Assembly (NCBI GenBank): GCA_034670305.1
Contig: JAXMNT010000034.1
Span: 1 to 64,000 of the forward strand
Origin: Deltaproteobacteria bacterium
GTDB lineage: Bacteria; Myxococcota_A; Polyangia; Polyangiales; Houyiibacteriaceae
DNA: 64,000 nt
Reading direction: 5' to 3'
The number at the start of each line of letters is the position of its first letter. Within the stretch, counting starts at the first letter, position 1. The position numbers and the translations under genes are program-made. The notes beneath the pieces are model-generated. The model did no database searches, had not been told where the DNA came from, and saw only the letters and a list, made by a program, of their open reading frames with translations. Of the stretch, positions 1 through 8,505 are shown piece by piece.

Positions 1-45
1 CGCGATGCTCGTCGCGCTGATCAAGCGATCTGACCGCTGATCCGC

Positions 46-124
46 GGGCAAGGGCAAAGGCAAGGGCAGGGGCAAGGGGCAGGCTGCGAGAACGCCCTGC
101 GGGCGTTCTTCAGCAACCTGCTAG
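46..124. repeat. (GGGCAA)-type G-tract run followed by a hairpin resembling IS5-family ends, ending in CTAG
   Basis: G-tracts 46-79; arms gcaggctgcgagaacgccc (79-97) and gggcgttcttcagcaacctgc (101-121); same layout at 36920-36980. Confidence 0.65.
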
Positions 125-879
125 TGCGGCCAGCCGCACCCGATGGCGAAGAAGTCCGGGTCGGCGTCGATCAGTTCACGGCCCCAAGCGCGCAGCCAGT
201 TGTCGGCTCGGCCGGCGAAGTCGGCGACGTCTTCGTTGCGCGCCTCGGCCCGATGCATGGCGTCGCTCTCGAGATCGATCGTACCGGTCGCGTTGCCGAG
301 GCCGGGTACCTGGTTGGCCAGCCGGTAGAAGTCCGGCGCCTCCGCCCACATGTCCGTCGCGCGGTCCTGCGGAAGCAAGTCCGGCAGATCGGACCAAGCC
401 TCGATGAAGGTCATCTCGCCCGCGTCGTTGAACGTGAACTCTTCGTAGATCGGGCAGCGCCCGTCCTCGTACTCGAACACGACGAAGCAACGCGCGAAGG
501 GCTGGGTCTCGAAGAACCGACAGTCGCGTTCGGGCACCGTCGACGGATCGAGGCTGCGCAGCTGGAGGCTCGTCTGGATCATGTCCTCGTCGCCGTAGCC
601 GGTGAGCTTGAGCCAAGGCGGCCACTCCCAGCGCGCCACCTGCACGTGGTAGTCGGGGATGCTGTCCTCCGGTTCGTCGATGTCGAGCGTGTCGAAGTAC
701 CGCTCCGCTTGTTCGACGTAGTAGCCGGGCTCCATCGTCGGCGACAGACACGCTGCCGTCGCACCCTCGGTGCCCCGGTCGCGGCATTCGTTGAGACCAA
801 TGGTCTCACCACAGCCGGCCAGGGGGAGCACGAGAGAGAGGTTGAGCGCGAGAAAGAGAATCAGCGAAGCAAGACGCAC
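121..879 (-). CDS. Hypothetical lipoprotein
   Basis: GTG start inside ORF 121..1026; hydrophobic leader with lipobox LAGC; protein-like acidic body. Confidence 0.7.
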   Translation of the reverse strand: MRLASLILFLALNLSLVLPLAGCGETIGLNECRDRGTEGATAACLSPTMEPGYYVEQAERYFDTLDIDEPEDSIPDYHVQVARWEWPPWLKLTGYGDEDMIQTSLQLRSLDPSTVPERDCRFFETQPFARCFVVFEYEDGRCPIYEEFTFNDAGEMTFIEAWSDLPDLLPQDRATDMWAEAPDFYRLANQVPGLGNATGTIDLESDAMHRAEARNEDVADFAGRADNWLRAWGRELIDADPDFFAIGCGWPH

Positions 880-1185
880 CCCAAGAGCATAGCCGGCGGA
901 ACGACTCGACAGTAGCGGCGGTCGCGACTGGACGCTGCGACCGACTCGCGTGATCGATCGCGCCGGCGCAGTTGCGCGACTGACCTCCGCCGGAGGTCTG
1001 ATGTGCATCGCAGGGTCATGGTCCACGGTATCACTCGACGACGGTCCCGGCTTGCGGCTCTAAAACGTCCGCTCCAGCGTGCCAACGTCCGTCGGTCCGC
1101 CACGCGAGCGCAATCAGACCGATTCACATCATGGAGTGTGATCGCGGTGCTCCAGATTGCGGTAGGGTGGGTCCATGGATGCGTC

Positions 1186-1572
1186 TTGAATCTCGTCTGG
1201 AAACCACGCTCCTCCGCACTCGGACTCTTCGCAGTGTTCGTGCTGCTTGCGGGGTGTCAGTCGCGGTCTGCAGCGCTCGACCTGCTCTGCAATGCTCCGT
1301 CGGCCTGTGGTGCGCCGTGTGACTCGGGCGACGCGTCGGCGCGGGTGGCTGCGATGCGAGCCCACCTCGATGCGACCATTGAGAACGAGTCGGTGCGGCG
1401 CATCTACTCGGAGTACTGGGTCGGGTCGACGGCAGCCGAGCTCCGGACGGTGGGGCGGGAAGCGATGACAGAAGAGCGCGGCCGTGATGATTGCGAGTAC
1501 TTCGCCTGGTTCGCCGCGCTGCCTTGGCCGGACTCCGAACCCGAACCGGTCGACGACGCCCCGCTTCCCTGA
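1186..1572 (+). CDS. Small hypothetical lipoprotein
   Basis: LGLFAVFVLLAGC lipobox in ORF 1003..1572; start uncertain. Confidence 0.55.
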   Translation: MNLVWKPRSSALGLFAVFVLLAGCQSRSAALDLLCNAPSACGAPCDSGDASARVAAMRAHLDATIENESVRRIYSEYWVGSTAAELRTVGREAMTEERGRDDCEYFAWFAALPWPDSEPEPVDDAPLP

Positions 1573-1628
1573 AGCGTCGATCGATGGCGCGGTTCAACAA
1601 CGGCGACAAACGGTGAGCCGCGCGCGGT

Positions 1629-2492
1629 TCACCGCACCTTCAACGACCGCAAGAGCGGACACGACGCGAACTTCTCCCAGGGCACGGTGGAGGGTGATTC
1701 GATCTTGCGGCAGACGACCGCGGCGCGCGTTCCCGCGGGGACCACGGTGACCAGGGTGGCGCAGTGCCGGGGGCGCATGAACGGACGAACGAACGCGAGG
1801 GCCGGCCACTCCTGGGCACCGATTCGGATCGTGCCCTGTTCGAGGGCGAGCGCTCCATCCTGCAGCAGCGCGTGAGCCGCGGGGTCGGTGCGGGCCCAGA
1901 GTGAACGCACGCCCTCGTGACCGGGCAGGAACTGGGGCGCCTCCCAGACCTGCAGACCGTCCATCCCGCCCGGCGGACCCGAGACGGTGAGCAGAAGCGG
2001 GGGCGCGTGTTGCCGGGACTGCACGTAGCGCGGTCCCGCATCGACCTCGACCTCGAGCGGCGACGGGGCCGCTTCGATCACGCGCGGCGCGGACGTCGAT
2101 GCGGGTTGGCCCGCATCGACTTGCCCTTCGAGCGGCAACGGCGCCGGTTCCAAGGGTTCGATCACGCGCGGCGTCCGAGTCGACCCGCGCTGGCCCGCCA
2201 CGACTTCGATCATGCCTTGGAGGTCCGCGCGCTTTTGGTTCAGCACCCGCAGCGCCTGCTTCAGCTGGTCGACCGCCGTGCGCTGTTGCGCGAGCTCGGG
2301 CGAGCCCATCTTCTCGAGCCGCTTCTCATCGGCGATCGCGACCGCAACCGTCTTCTTCAACCAAACGAGCGCGGCGTCGTACTCGGCGACCATGGGGCGC
2401 AGCGTCGCCAAACGCGTCTCGATGTTCGGTGCGTCCACGAGCGCAGCGCGAAGATCCCGCCGGACCAAGTCCACCACCGTCCGCATATCCAT
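1629..2492 (-). CDS. Protein with shortened PspA/IM30-like N-terminal coiled coil and unknown C-terminal domain
   Basis: LKKTVAVAIADEKRLEK and QQRTAVDQLKQALRVLNQK resemble PspA helices; Pro-rich linker follows. Confidence 0.6.
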   Translation of the reverse strand: MDMRTVVDLVRRDLRAALVDAPNIETRLATLRPMVAEYDAALVWLKKTVAVAIADEKRLEKMGSPELAQQRTAVDQLKQALRVLNQKRADLQGMIEVVAGQRGSTRTPRVIEPLEPAPLPLEGQVDAGQPASTSAPRVIEAAPSPLEVEVDAGPRYVQSRQHAPPLLLTVSGPPGGMDGLQVWEAPQFLPGHEGVRSLWARTDPAAHALLQDGALALEQGTIRIGAQEWPALAFVRPFMRPRHCATLVTVVPAGTRAAVVCRKIESPSTVPWEKFASCPLLRSLKVR

Positions 2493-2561
2493 CGGTGCAT
2501 CGTACCAGCGCGCTCCCGACTCGAAGCCCGTCGCGCTCTCGCAGGTTGCTGCGCCGAGGGT

Positions 2562-3296
2562 TCAGATCGCCGAGCAGGCGCCGCCACGGCAGAAGGGCAT
2601 CGCTTCGGGGCACGGGTTGCCGCACCGTCCGCAATGATCCGCGCTGGTCAACAGCTCCGCGCACCCGACGTCCGCGCCGCAGTCGGTGAACCCCGGCAAG
2701 CAGACGCAGCTTCCACCCGAACACGTCTGTCCCCGCCGGCAGAAGTTGCCGCAGGACCCGCAGTGCTGCAGGTCCGAGTCCAAGTCGACGCAGCCGCGCG
2801 CACAGACCACGTCGCTTCCGCGGCACTCGGCATCGCAGCTCCCGCCCTCACAGGTGCGCCCTTCGGGGCACGGGCGATCGCAACCGCCGCAGTGCTCTCC
2901 GTCGTTCGCGAAGTTGTCGATGCAGGTCTCGCCGCAGACGGAACAACTGTCGACGCACCCGCCGCTGCTGCACCGCCGGCTCTCGCAGGTTCGGGCGCAG
3001 ACGCCGCAATGGTCCGGGTCGCGTTCCAGGTTCACGCATTCGCCGCCGCAGCGTGTGTAGCCGGATCCGCACGCGCCCCCGCCGCTGTCGACCGCCGGCA
3101 CATCGGCCGCGGGCGCGTCCACGCCACCGCCGGTGTCGACCGCCGGCGCGTCCGGTGCTTCGCCCCCATCCTCTCGGCCGGCATCTCGACCCGTTGCATC
3201 CCCGCCCGCGTCCCTCGGCGGCATCGCATCGTCGTCTGAGACCACGAGACACCCCACCAAGAACACGAGTGCGCACGTCCCCACGGCTGCTCGCAT
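2562..3296 (-). CDS. Cys-rich lipoprotein with Stig1/MXAN_6577-like repeats
   Basis: Lipobox LVGC; four CxxxxxxxxHCGxC repeats. Confidence 0.8.
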   Translation of the reverse strand: MRAAVGTCALVFLVGCLVVSDDDAMPPRDAGGDATGRDAGREDGGEAPDAPAVDTGGGVDAPAADVPAVDSGGGACGSGYTRCGGECVNLERDPDHCGVCARTCESRRCSSGGCVDSCSVCGETCIDNFANDGEHCGGCDRPCPEGRTCEGGSCDAECRGSDVVCARGCVDLDSDLQHCGSCGNFCRRGQTCSGGSCVCLPGFTDCGADVGCAELLTSADHCGRCGNPCPEAMPFCRGGACSAI

Positions 3297-3410
3297 CCAC
3301 CAAGGTTATCCAAAAGTTTCTGGCGTGTGAAGCGTCTCCCCGTCCGAGCGCGCGGTGCTGTCTTCCCGGAACGCAAGTGGTCTTCTCGCGTTGAAGTCGG
3401 CATTCATCGC

Positions 3411-4004
3411 TCAGCGAAGCGCGTCGATGCTCTGGTCGATCCCTTCCAGCACCGCGGCGCGGCCCGCGACGATTGGCGGGTGGTCGTCGATCTTCAGATC
3501 GTCCAGCGCGTCCGGGCGGTCGCGCAGCGCGTCGGGGTAGTGGGACGGAGAGAAGGCCCAGCCTTCGAAGGTCGCCCACCCGCTCGCCAGCTCGAGTTGG
3601 TCATCCGGCAGACCGCGGACCCGGATCCACCGCGTGTACTCATCCGAGAAGTCGTGCGGAAGGTGCGTGACCGAACCCGTCGCGCAAGCGTCGACCGCTC
3701 GCCGCCAGTGCCCAAGCATCGCGCGCATCGAAGCCGCCGGATCGGCGGGCACGCCTTCCGGGTGGTCGTCGATGAAGTAGTAGCTGTCGCTCCGAAACAC
3801 ACGCGGCCCAACCCGCACCACCACGTCTTCGTGGCCCGACCGAGTCGGCGGCTCGTACACGAAACTCAGCACCGTGTCCGGCGCAGGTCTTCGGAACCGA
3901 AGCACCGTCTTCAGGACCTTCGCCGTCCAAGGACGGCCGCATTTGGCGCACACCAAGTACGCGCCGGCAGGCTCCACGGTCCCATCGCAGTCCCCACACT
4001 TCAT
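3411..4004 (-). CDS. Hypothetical protein with N-terminal Zn-ribbon
   Basis: MKCGDCDG...CAKCG at ATG 4004 within ORF 3411..4172. Confidence 0.65.
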   Translation of the reverse strand: MKCGDCDGTVEPAGAYLVCAKCGRPWTAKVLKTVLRFRRPAPDTVLSFVYEPPTRSGHEDVVVRVGPRVFRSDSYYFIDDHPEGVPADPAASMRAMLGHWRRAVDACATGSVTHLPHDFSDEYTRWIRVRGLPDDQLELASGWATFEGWAFSPSHYPDALRDRPDALDDLKIDDHPPIVAGRAAVLEGIDQSIDALR

Positions 4005-4008
4005 GTCA

Positions 4009-4899
4009 TCACCGAGGCTCTGGGTAGGGCCGGCAGCCGGTCGCCTGTCGGCACCGATAGAACTGGGTTGGTCCGCAAGTTCGGACGGCGTAGAACGCAC
4101 GCGTCCCTTCGAGCAACGCGGCGGTTCCGGGCGGGCCGTGACCGACGAGGACGTAGGCGTTCTCCGAATCACGCGTCTCTTCGATCAAGCGGCTCAACAC
4201 GCCGCGCCAGGCTCGAAGACGCAAGGTGCCGACGAAGGGATGGTAGCCCTGGGTCGAGAGGTCCTGGACCGCGAGCACGTCGTGTCCTGGCAGGCGAACC
4301 ACCGGCTGGGTGACGTCTTCGGCGTTCGACACGGATTCGAAGTCGAACTCGATGCCGGCGAGGGTCTCTCGGCCCGGCATCTGTTCGTGCGCGGGGAAAC
4401 GGGCGAAGTCCGTGATCTCGTCGCCGATGCGCGCGACGTGGCCGCTGCGGTGGCCGCGCCAGCGTCGCCGCATGTGGGCGATGGATTCGGCGAGCGCGTA
4501 GGTCGGAAGGTCGTCGAAGTACTCGAGACCGAAGTAGTGGTCCGGGTGGCCGTGCGAGATGATCACGCGCTCGACGGGTTTGCCGATCGCGTCGACGTAC
4601 GCCCGCAGCGCCCGCGCGTCGCGGCGCAGCAAATGCGTGTCGAGCACCACCAGACCCGAGGGTCCTTCGAACACGTGGGTCGCGGTGCCCACCCGGTCGG
4701 CGCGCGACACCAGCGTGTGGATCCGAACCTCGCCAAAGGTTCGCGTCACCACTTCTTGGTCGATGTCCGGCACCGTCTCGAGGGGCGCGGCGGACGTGGC
4801 GGCGGGCCCCTCGGTCGGCACGGTGGACGCCGGACCGCACGCCATCGCGAGAAGCGTCGGCAACGCGAGGTAGGATCGGGTAAGAGTCGTCAGAGGCAT
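4009..4899 (-). CDS. MBL-fold metallo-hydrolase lipoprotein, copy with replaced/truncated C-terminus
   Basis: SHGHPDH motif; near-identical to 11958..12908 over 4095-4782, unrelated after TRA. Confidence 0.8.
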   Translation of the reverse strand: MPLTTLTRSYLALPTLLAMACGPASTVPTEGPAATSAAPLETVPDIDQEVVTRTFGEVRIHTLVSRADRVGTATHVFEGPSGLVVLDTHLLRRDARALRAYVDAIGKPVERVIISHGHPDHYFGLEYFDDLPTYALAESIAHMRRRWRGHRSGHVARIGDEITDFARFPAHEQMPGRETLAGIEFDFESVSNAEDVTQPVVRLPGHDVLAVQDLSTQGYHPFVGTLRLRAWRGVLSRLIEETRDSENAYVLVGHGPPGTAALLEGTRAFYAVRTCGPTQFYRCRQATGCRPYPEPR

Positions 4900-4948
4900 G
4901 GCGGAACGGTTCGGGTGGTGTAGAAGCTCCTGGGCGTTTGGCCCAGCT

Positions 4949-6241
4949 CTAGTAGTCGAACGAGGAGGTCACGAAGCGGTCTCCAATCGCGCGCACGGTC
5001 TCATGCTCGGGTCCCCGGCCGAGGACGTACTCAAGGTATCCATCGGCGTAGTTGAGCTGCCGGACGGTGTCGTAGCCGCCAGGCGCTGTGCCCAAGACGA
5101 AGAAGCGTGTGTGGTTGTCGTCCCCGTCAAGTGGGTTGTACCAGGCGTACTCTTCGGGCAACTGTGGCAGCGCGAGGCGGGAACGCCCTTGATGAGGCGC
5201 ACGCATGTAGCGATTGATGGTGTCGACATCGCGCATGGTGACGATGTGCGCGCGGACCCACTCCGCTTCGCCCGGGCCTTCACGCCAGGAGATGTCGCCA
5301 CGCGCATCCAGCGACGCGTCCTCGAGCACGAATGGAATGTCAATCGTCGCAACGTCCAAGCTGTACTCTGTTGTGAATGCGACCGACTCGATCACCCTTC
5401 GGGTCGTGACCGGCCCGCCGAGCTCGCCGAACAAGGTGGTATCCACCAGCAACTGATCCGTTTCGATGGGGGGGATTCGAGTGGTCTTCGTCGCGGTCGG
5501 ATGCAGAGCCCCTAAGTAGCTGGTCGACGAGCCGCGGTTCATGGTGCTGAGCCAACCAGAGCGATCGCGCACCGACATCCACGAAGTGGCAATCTCCATC
5601 GGCTCCAGCGTATTGAGAAGCGTCTGAGTCGTGAGCGACGCTGGCACAAAGGACTCTGCGCTGAGGTCGATGTCGCCTGTGAAGTCGACGTCTCGAACCA
5701 GAAATGACCCGTAGTCCTCAAAGGGAATCACGCTGCTGCCCGAAGTCACAAACAAATCTCCCGCGTCGCAACCGGCCAGGCGATTCATCTGAAACCGGGG
5801 CCCATTTGCGCTGCCTCCACCGCATCGCGCACGAACCCGATACACAGCGTTAGGTGGCGCGGTGGGCAGAAGCACGTCCACGCGCGGTGCGGACCTGCCT
5901 TCCCAAGGTCCCCCGATCTGAATGTCGTCTCCGGGCTTCACGCCCAGGTAGTAGTGGACCTCTGACGAGATGCGCTCACCCCCACGCCGGAGCCAAACCA
6001 CAACCAGGCTGCCACCTGGGTTCATGACAGCGGATGCCCTGCCTTGCGAGTCGGTGCGTTCAATCGCGACAACGGAATCGTCCCTGTCGAGAAAGATGGC
6101 GGAGGCGTTGATCACGTAACCCTCGTGGGTCGCGAACTGGACCGAGACCAAACCGGGTTCGCCAACGACGCCGGGCTCCTCCCCACTGCATGCGAAGCCA
6201 ACAAGAAGAATGGCTGCAAGGCGGATGTGCAAGGCGTCCAT
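4949..6241 (-). CDS. Hypothetical beta-rich lipoprotein, AT-richer than surroundings
   Basis: MDALHIRLAAILLVGFAC leader; long ORF with relaxed codon bias. Confidence 0.7.
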   Translation of the reverse strand: MDALHIRLAAILLVGFACSGEEPGVVGEPGLVSVQFATHEGYVINASAIFLDRDDSVVAIERTDSQGRASAVMNPGGSLVVVWLRRGGERISSEVHYYLGVKPGDDIQIGGPWEGRSAPRVDVLLPTAPPNAVYRVRARCGGGSANGPRFQMNRLAGCDAGDLFVTSGSSVIPFEDYGSFLVRDVDFTGDIDLSAESFVPASLTTQTLLNTLEPMEIATSWMSVRDRSGWLSTMNRGSSTSYLGALHPTATKTTRIPPIETDQLLVDTTLFGELGGPVTTRRVIESVAFTTEYSLDVATIDIPFVLEDASLDARGDISWREGPGEAEWVRAHIVTMRDVDTINRYMRAPHQGRSRLALPQLPEEYAWYNPLDGDDNHTRFFVLGTAPGGYDTVRQLNYADGYLEYVLGRGPEHETVRAIGDRFVTSSFDY

Positions 6242-6403
6242 GAGCGGATGGTCACCAGGATCCGGCGTTAAAACAAGCCGCCACAGACCTGAAGGCGCAG
6301 GCGTGAACCCGACGTATGAACCGCGAGTCAAACTCTGCAACAAGCCCGGAGTCTCGACTCGAAAATTGGACCAGGACCGGACGGCCCAGGCGCTGCGCGG
6401 CCA

Positions 6404-6817
6404 TCACTCGTGGAGGACCGCCTCGAGCCGGTGGCCGTCGAGGTCGCGGACGAACGCCGCGTAGTAGCCCGGGTCGTAGTGTTCGCGGATCCCCGGCGGG
6501 CCCTCGCAGGTGCCGCCGTGACGAAGCGCGGCCGCGTGAAACGCATCCACTGCGACGCGCGAAGTCGCGATCCACGCGAGGTGCATGGCCGCGCACGGCG
6601 CGCACGGCGCCGCGTCGTCGTGCTGCAGGATCGCAAACGGCGCCTCGCCCTCGAACCCGGCCGGCCCGTAGCCCACCGCGCGCGGCTGATGAAACAGCGC
6701 CACCAGTCCAAGCGGCGCCAGCGCGGCATCGTAGAAGACCGCCGACCGCTCGAGATCCGCGACCCCCAGCGACACGTGGTCGAACACCGGCGTCGTCAAC
6801 GTAGGCAACCGTCGCAT
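6404..6817 (-). CDS. VOC family (glyoxalase/bleomycin resistance) protein
   Basis: FDHVSLGVADLERSAVFYDAAL...GYYAAFVRDLDGHRLEAV. Confidence 0.9.
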   Translation of the reverse strand: MRRLPTLTTPVFDHVSLGVADLERSAVFYDAALAPLGLVALFHQPRAVGYGPAGFEGEAPFAILQHDDAAPCAPCAAMHLAWIATSRVAVDAFHAAALRHGGTCEGPPGIREHYDPGYYAAFVRDLDGHRLEAVLHE

Positions 6818-6858
6818 CGGCGGATCCTACACAACCAGCATCTCGACGCGCGCGTGGA

Positions 6859-8289
6859 TCAGAGCGCGAGTTCGAAGGTGCCGCGGCCGTGGAAGCAGCT
6901 GACGAAGTGGCGACCGTCGTAGGACCAGCCGCACTCGACGCCGAGCGGTAGCTCGGCGGCCTTGGTCCAGGTGTCGCCGGTGCGGCGGAGTACGTCGCTT
7001 TGGGGTGGCCCACTCCCGCCGCCCTGGCTGCACACGATCAACACGTCCTTCAGTGCCACCAATGCGTCCACCCGACCAGTGATGCCACAGTCCCGCACCT
7101 GGAGGTCCGACAGCTGGATCTCCGTGGTGCTCCTCCGGTGCACGACCACCGCATCGCCGGTGTGCGCGAGTCGACGGATCGTCCCGTCCGGCTGCCCGAC
7201 CTGACGGACCTGACCGGTCTCGACCGCCAGCACGTAGACGCGGTGATCCGAGGTGCCCCACGCGACGTGCTGTTCGTCCGGTGAGACCGCGTAGAGCGGG
7301 CCGGCAAACGCGGACGCTGGACCGGGTGCGTCCAGCGCGACGCCGTCCAAGTGCAGCTGGAGGCCCTCCTGTTGGGAGGCCCGGATGGCGAGTGCATGCC
7401 CTCCCGCGAGCGCGCGCTCCACCGCCGCGGCGGGCGCGGCCGTGAAGGGCGAACCTGGGATGGTCCGTGCGCTCCGGCGCGCGAACGCCGGCGTGCCCTC
7501 GAGCGCCGCCACGGGCGCCGGTGGAAGGTCGTTGGGGCTCCACCCGACCGCTTCGGCGACCCCGACGATCTGTTGCACCGAATCGATCACATCGAGATAG
7601 ACCTCGCCCTCCGCGTTCTCGTACACGTACCGGGGCAGGCCGAACTTGCCGTTGCGAAGCAACTCGAACGCGCCGTTGCGGACCGTCAGAAGGGCCGAAC
7701 GGCTTTTCACCTGGGTGATGAGCAAGCGGCCCTGAAGGCCACTCGTGAGCCGGTACGCCTCGTCGAGCTCCACGTGGGCTGCGGGCTCGGTGGGGTCCGG
7801 GCCGACAAGGATCAGCACATTGGACGCGAGCACCACGATGCCTTCGGGGGTGAACGCGATCCCGCCGGGTCGCCGCTGGAAGCGAAACCTCGATGGAGTG
7901 TCGAGGTCCAGCACCCGGCGCGTCTCGCCCGACGTGAAGTCGTGCGTGTCCACCACGAGCCGCTTGGACGCTTCATGCACGATCGCGAGGACGCTGCCGT
8001 GCGGCGAGAGGCACGCGTGGCCGTCCAACCGACACGGCACGTCGATCGCCTGCCACCTGCCTTCCCGCACGACGCCCACGTAGCCGGTGGGTTGCTCCTC
8101 TCCGGGCACGAAGAAATAGGGATCGCCCCGCTCGTTGGCATGGAGCCGCGCCTTGGCCGCGACCGCGTCGGGCGGGAGGAGGGCGCGTACCCGAGGATCG
8201 ATGCCGGCACCGGCGGCCGCGCTCTCTCGATGCACGTCTCGAAACTTGAGCTTCCGCGAGTGCGTGGCCTTCAGTTTGGTCTTGGTCAT
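6859..8289 (-). CDS. Hypothetical beta-propeller-like protein
   Basis: ATG 8289; repeated LSPHG/FTPEG/VSPDE blade-like motifs. Confidence 0.65.
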   Translation of the reverse strand: MTKTKLKATHSRKLKFRDVHRESAAAGAGIDPRVRALLPPDAVAAKARLHANERGDPYFFVPGEEQPTGYVGVVREGRWQAIDVPCRLDGHACLSPHGSVLAIVHEASKRLVVDTHDFTSGETRRVLDLDTPSRFRFQRRPGGIAFTPEGIVVLASNVLILVGPDPTEPAAHVELDEAYRLTSGLQGRLLITQVKSRSALLTVRNGAFELLRNGKFGLPRYVYENAEGEVYLDVIDSVQQIVGVAEAVGWSPNDLPPAPVAALEGTPAFARRSARTIPGSPFTAAPAAAVERALAGGHALAIRASQQEGLQLHLDGVALDAPGPASAFAGPLYAVSPDEQHVAWGTSDHRVYVLAVETGQVRQVGQPDGTIRRLAHTGDAVVVHRRSTTEIQLSDLQVRDCGITGRVDALVALKDVLIVCSQGGGSGPPQSDVLRRTGDTWTKAAELPLGVECGWSYDGRHFVSCFHGRGTFELAL

Positions 8290-8505
8290 GGCGCCGACTT
8301 CATACCACCAACCCTGGCCGAGTTGCCCCGGTCTCCCGACGAACGAGCCCACGCACGCGAGCGGCACAAGGTCGAGTCCGAGCGTGCGGGTCTCGGGACG
8401 TGCCGACCGCCGGAATGCACCGAGCATGCGGCCCCGCAGGAACAAGAGCGCGCGCGTCGCGGCGATGCACGATCGCTTGCCGCCGGTGACGCTCCGCGCA
8501 TGTGC

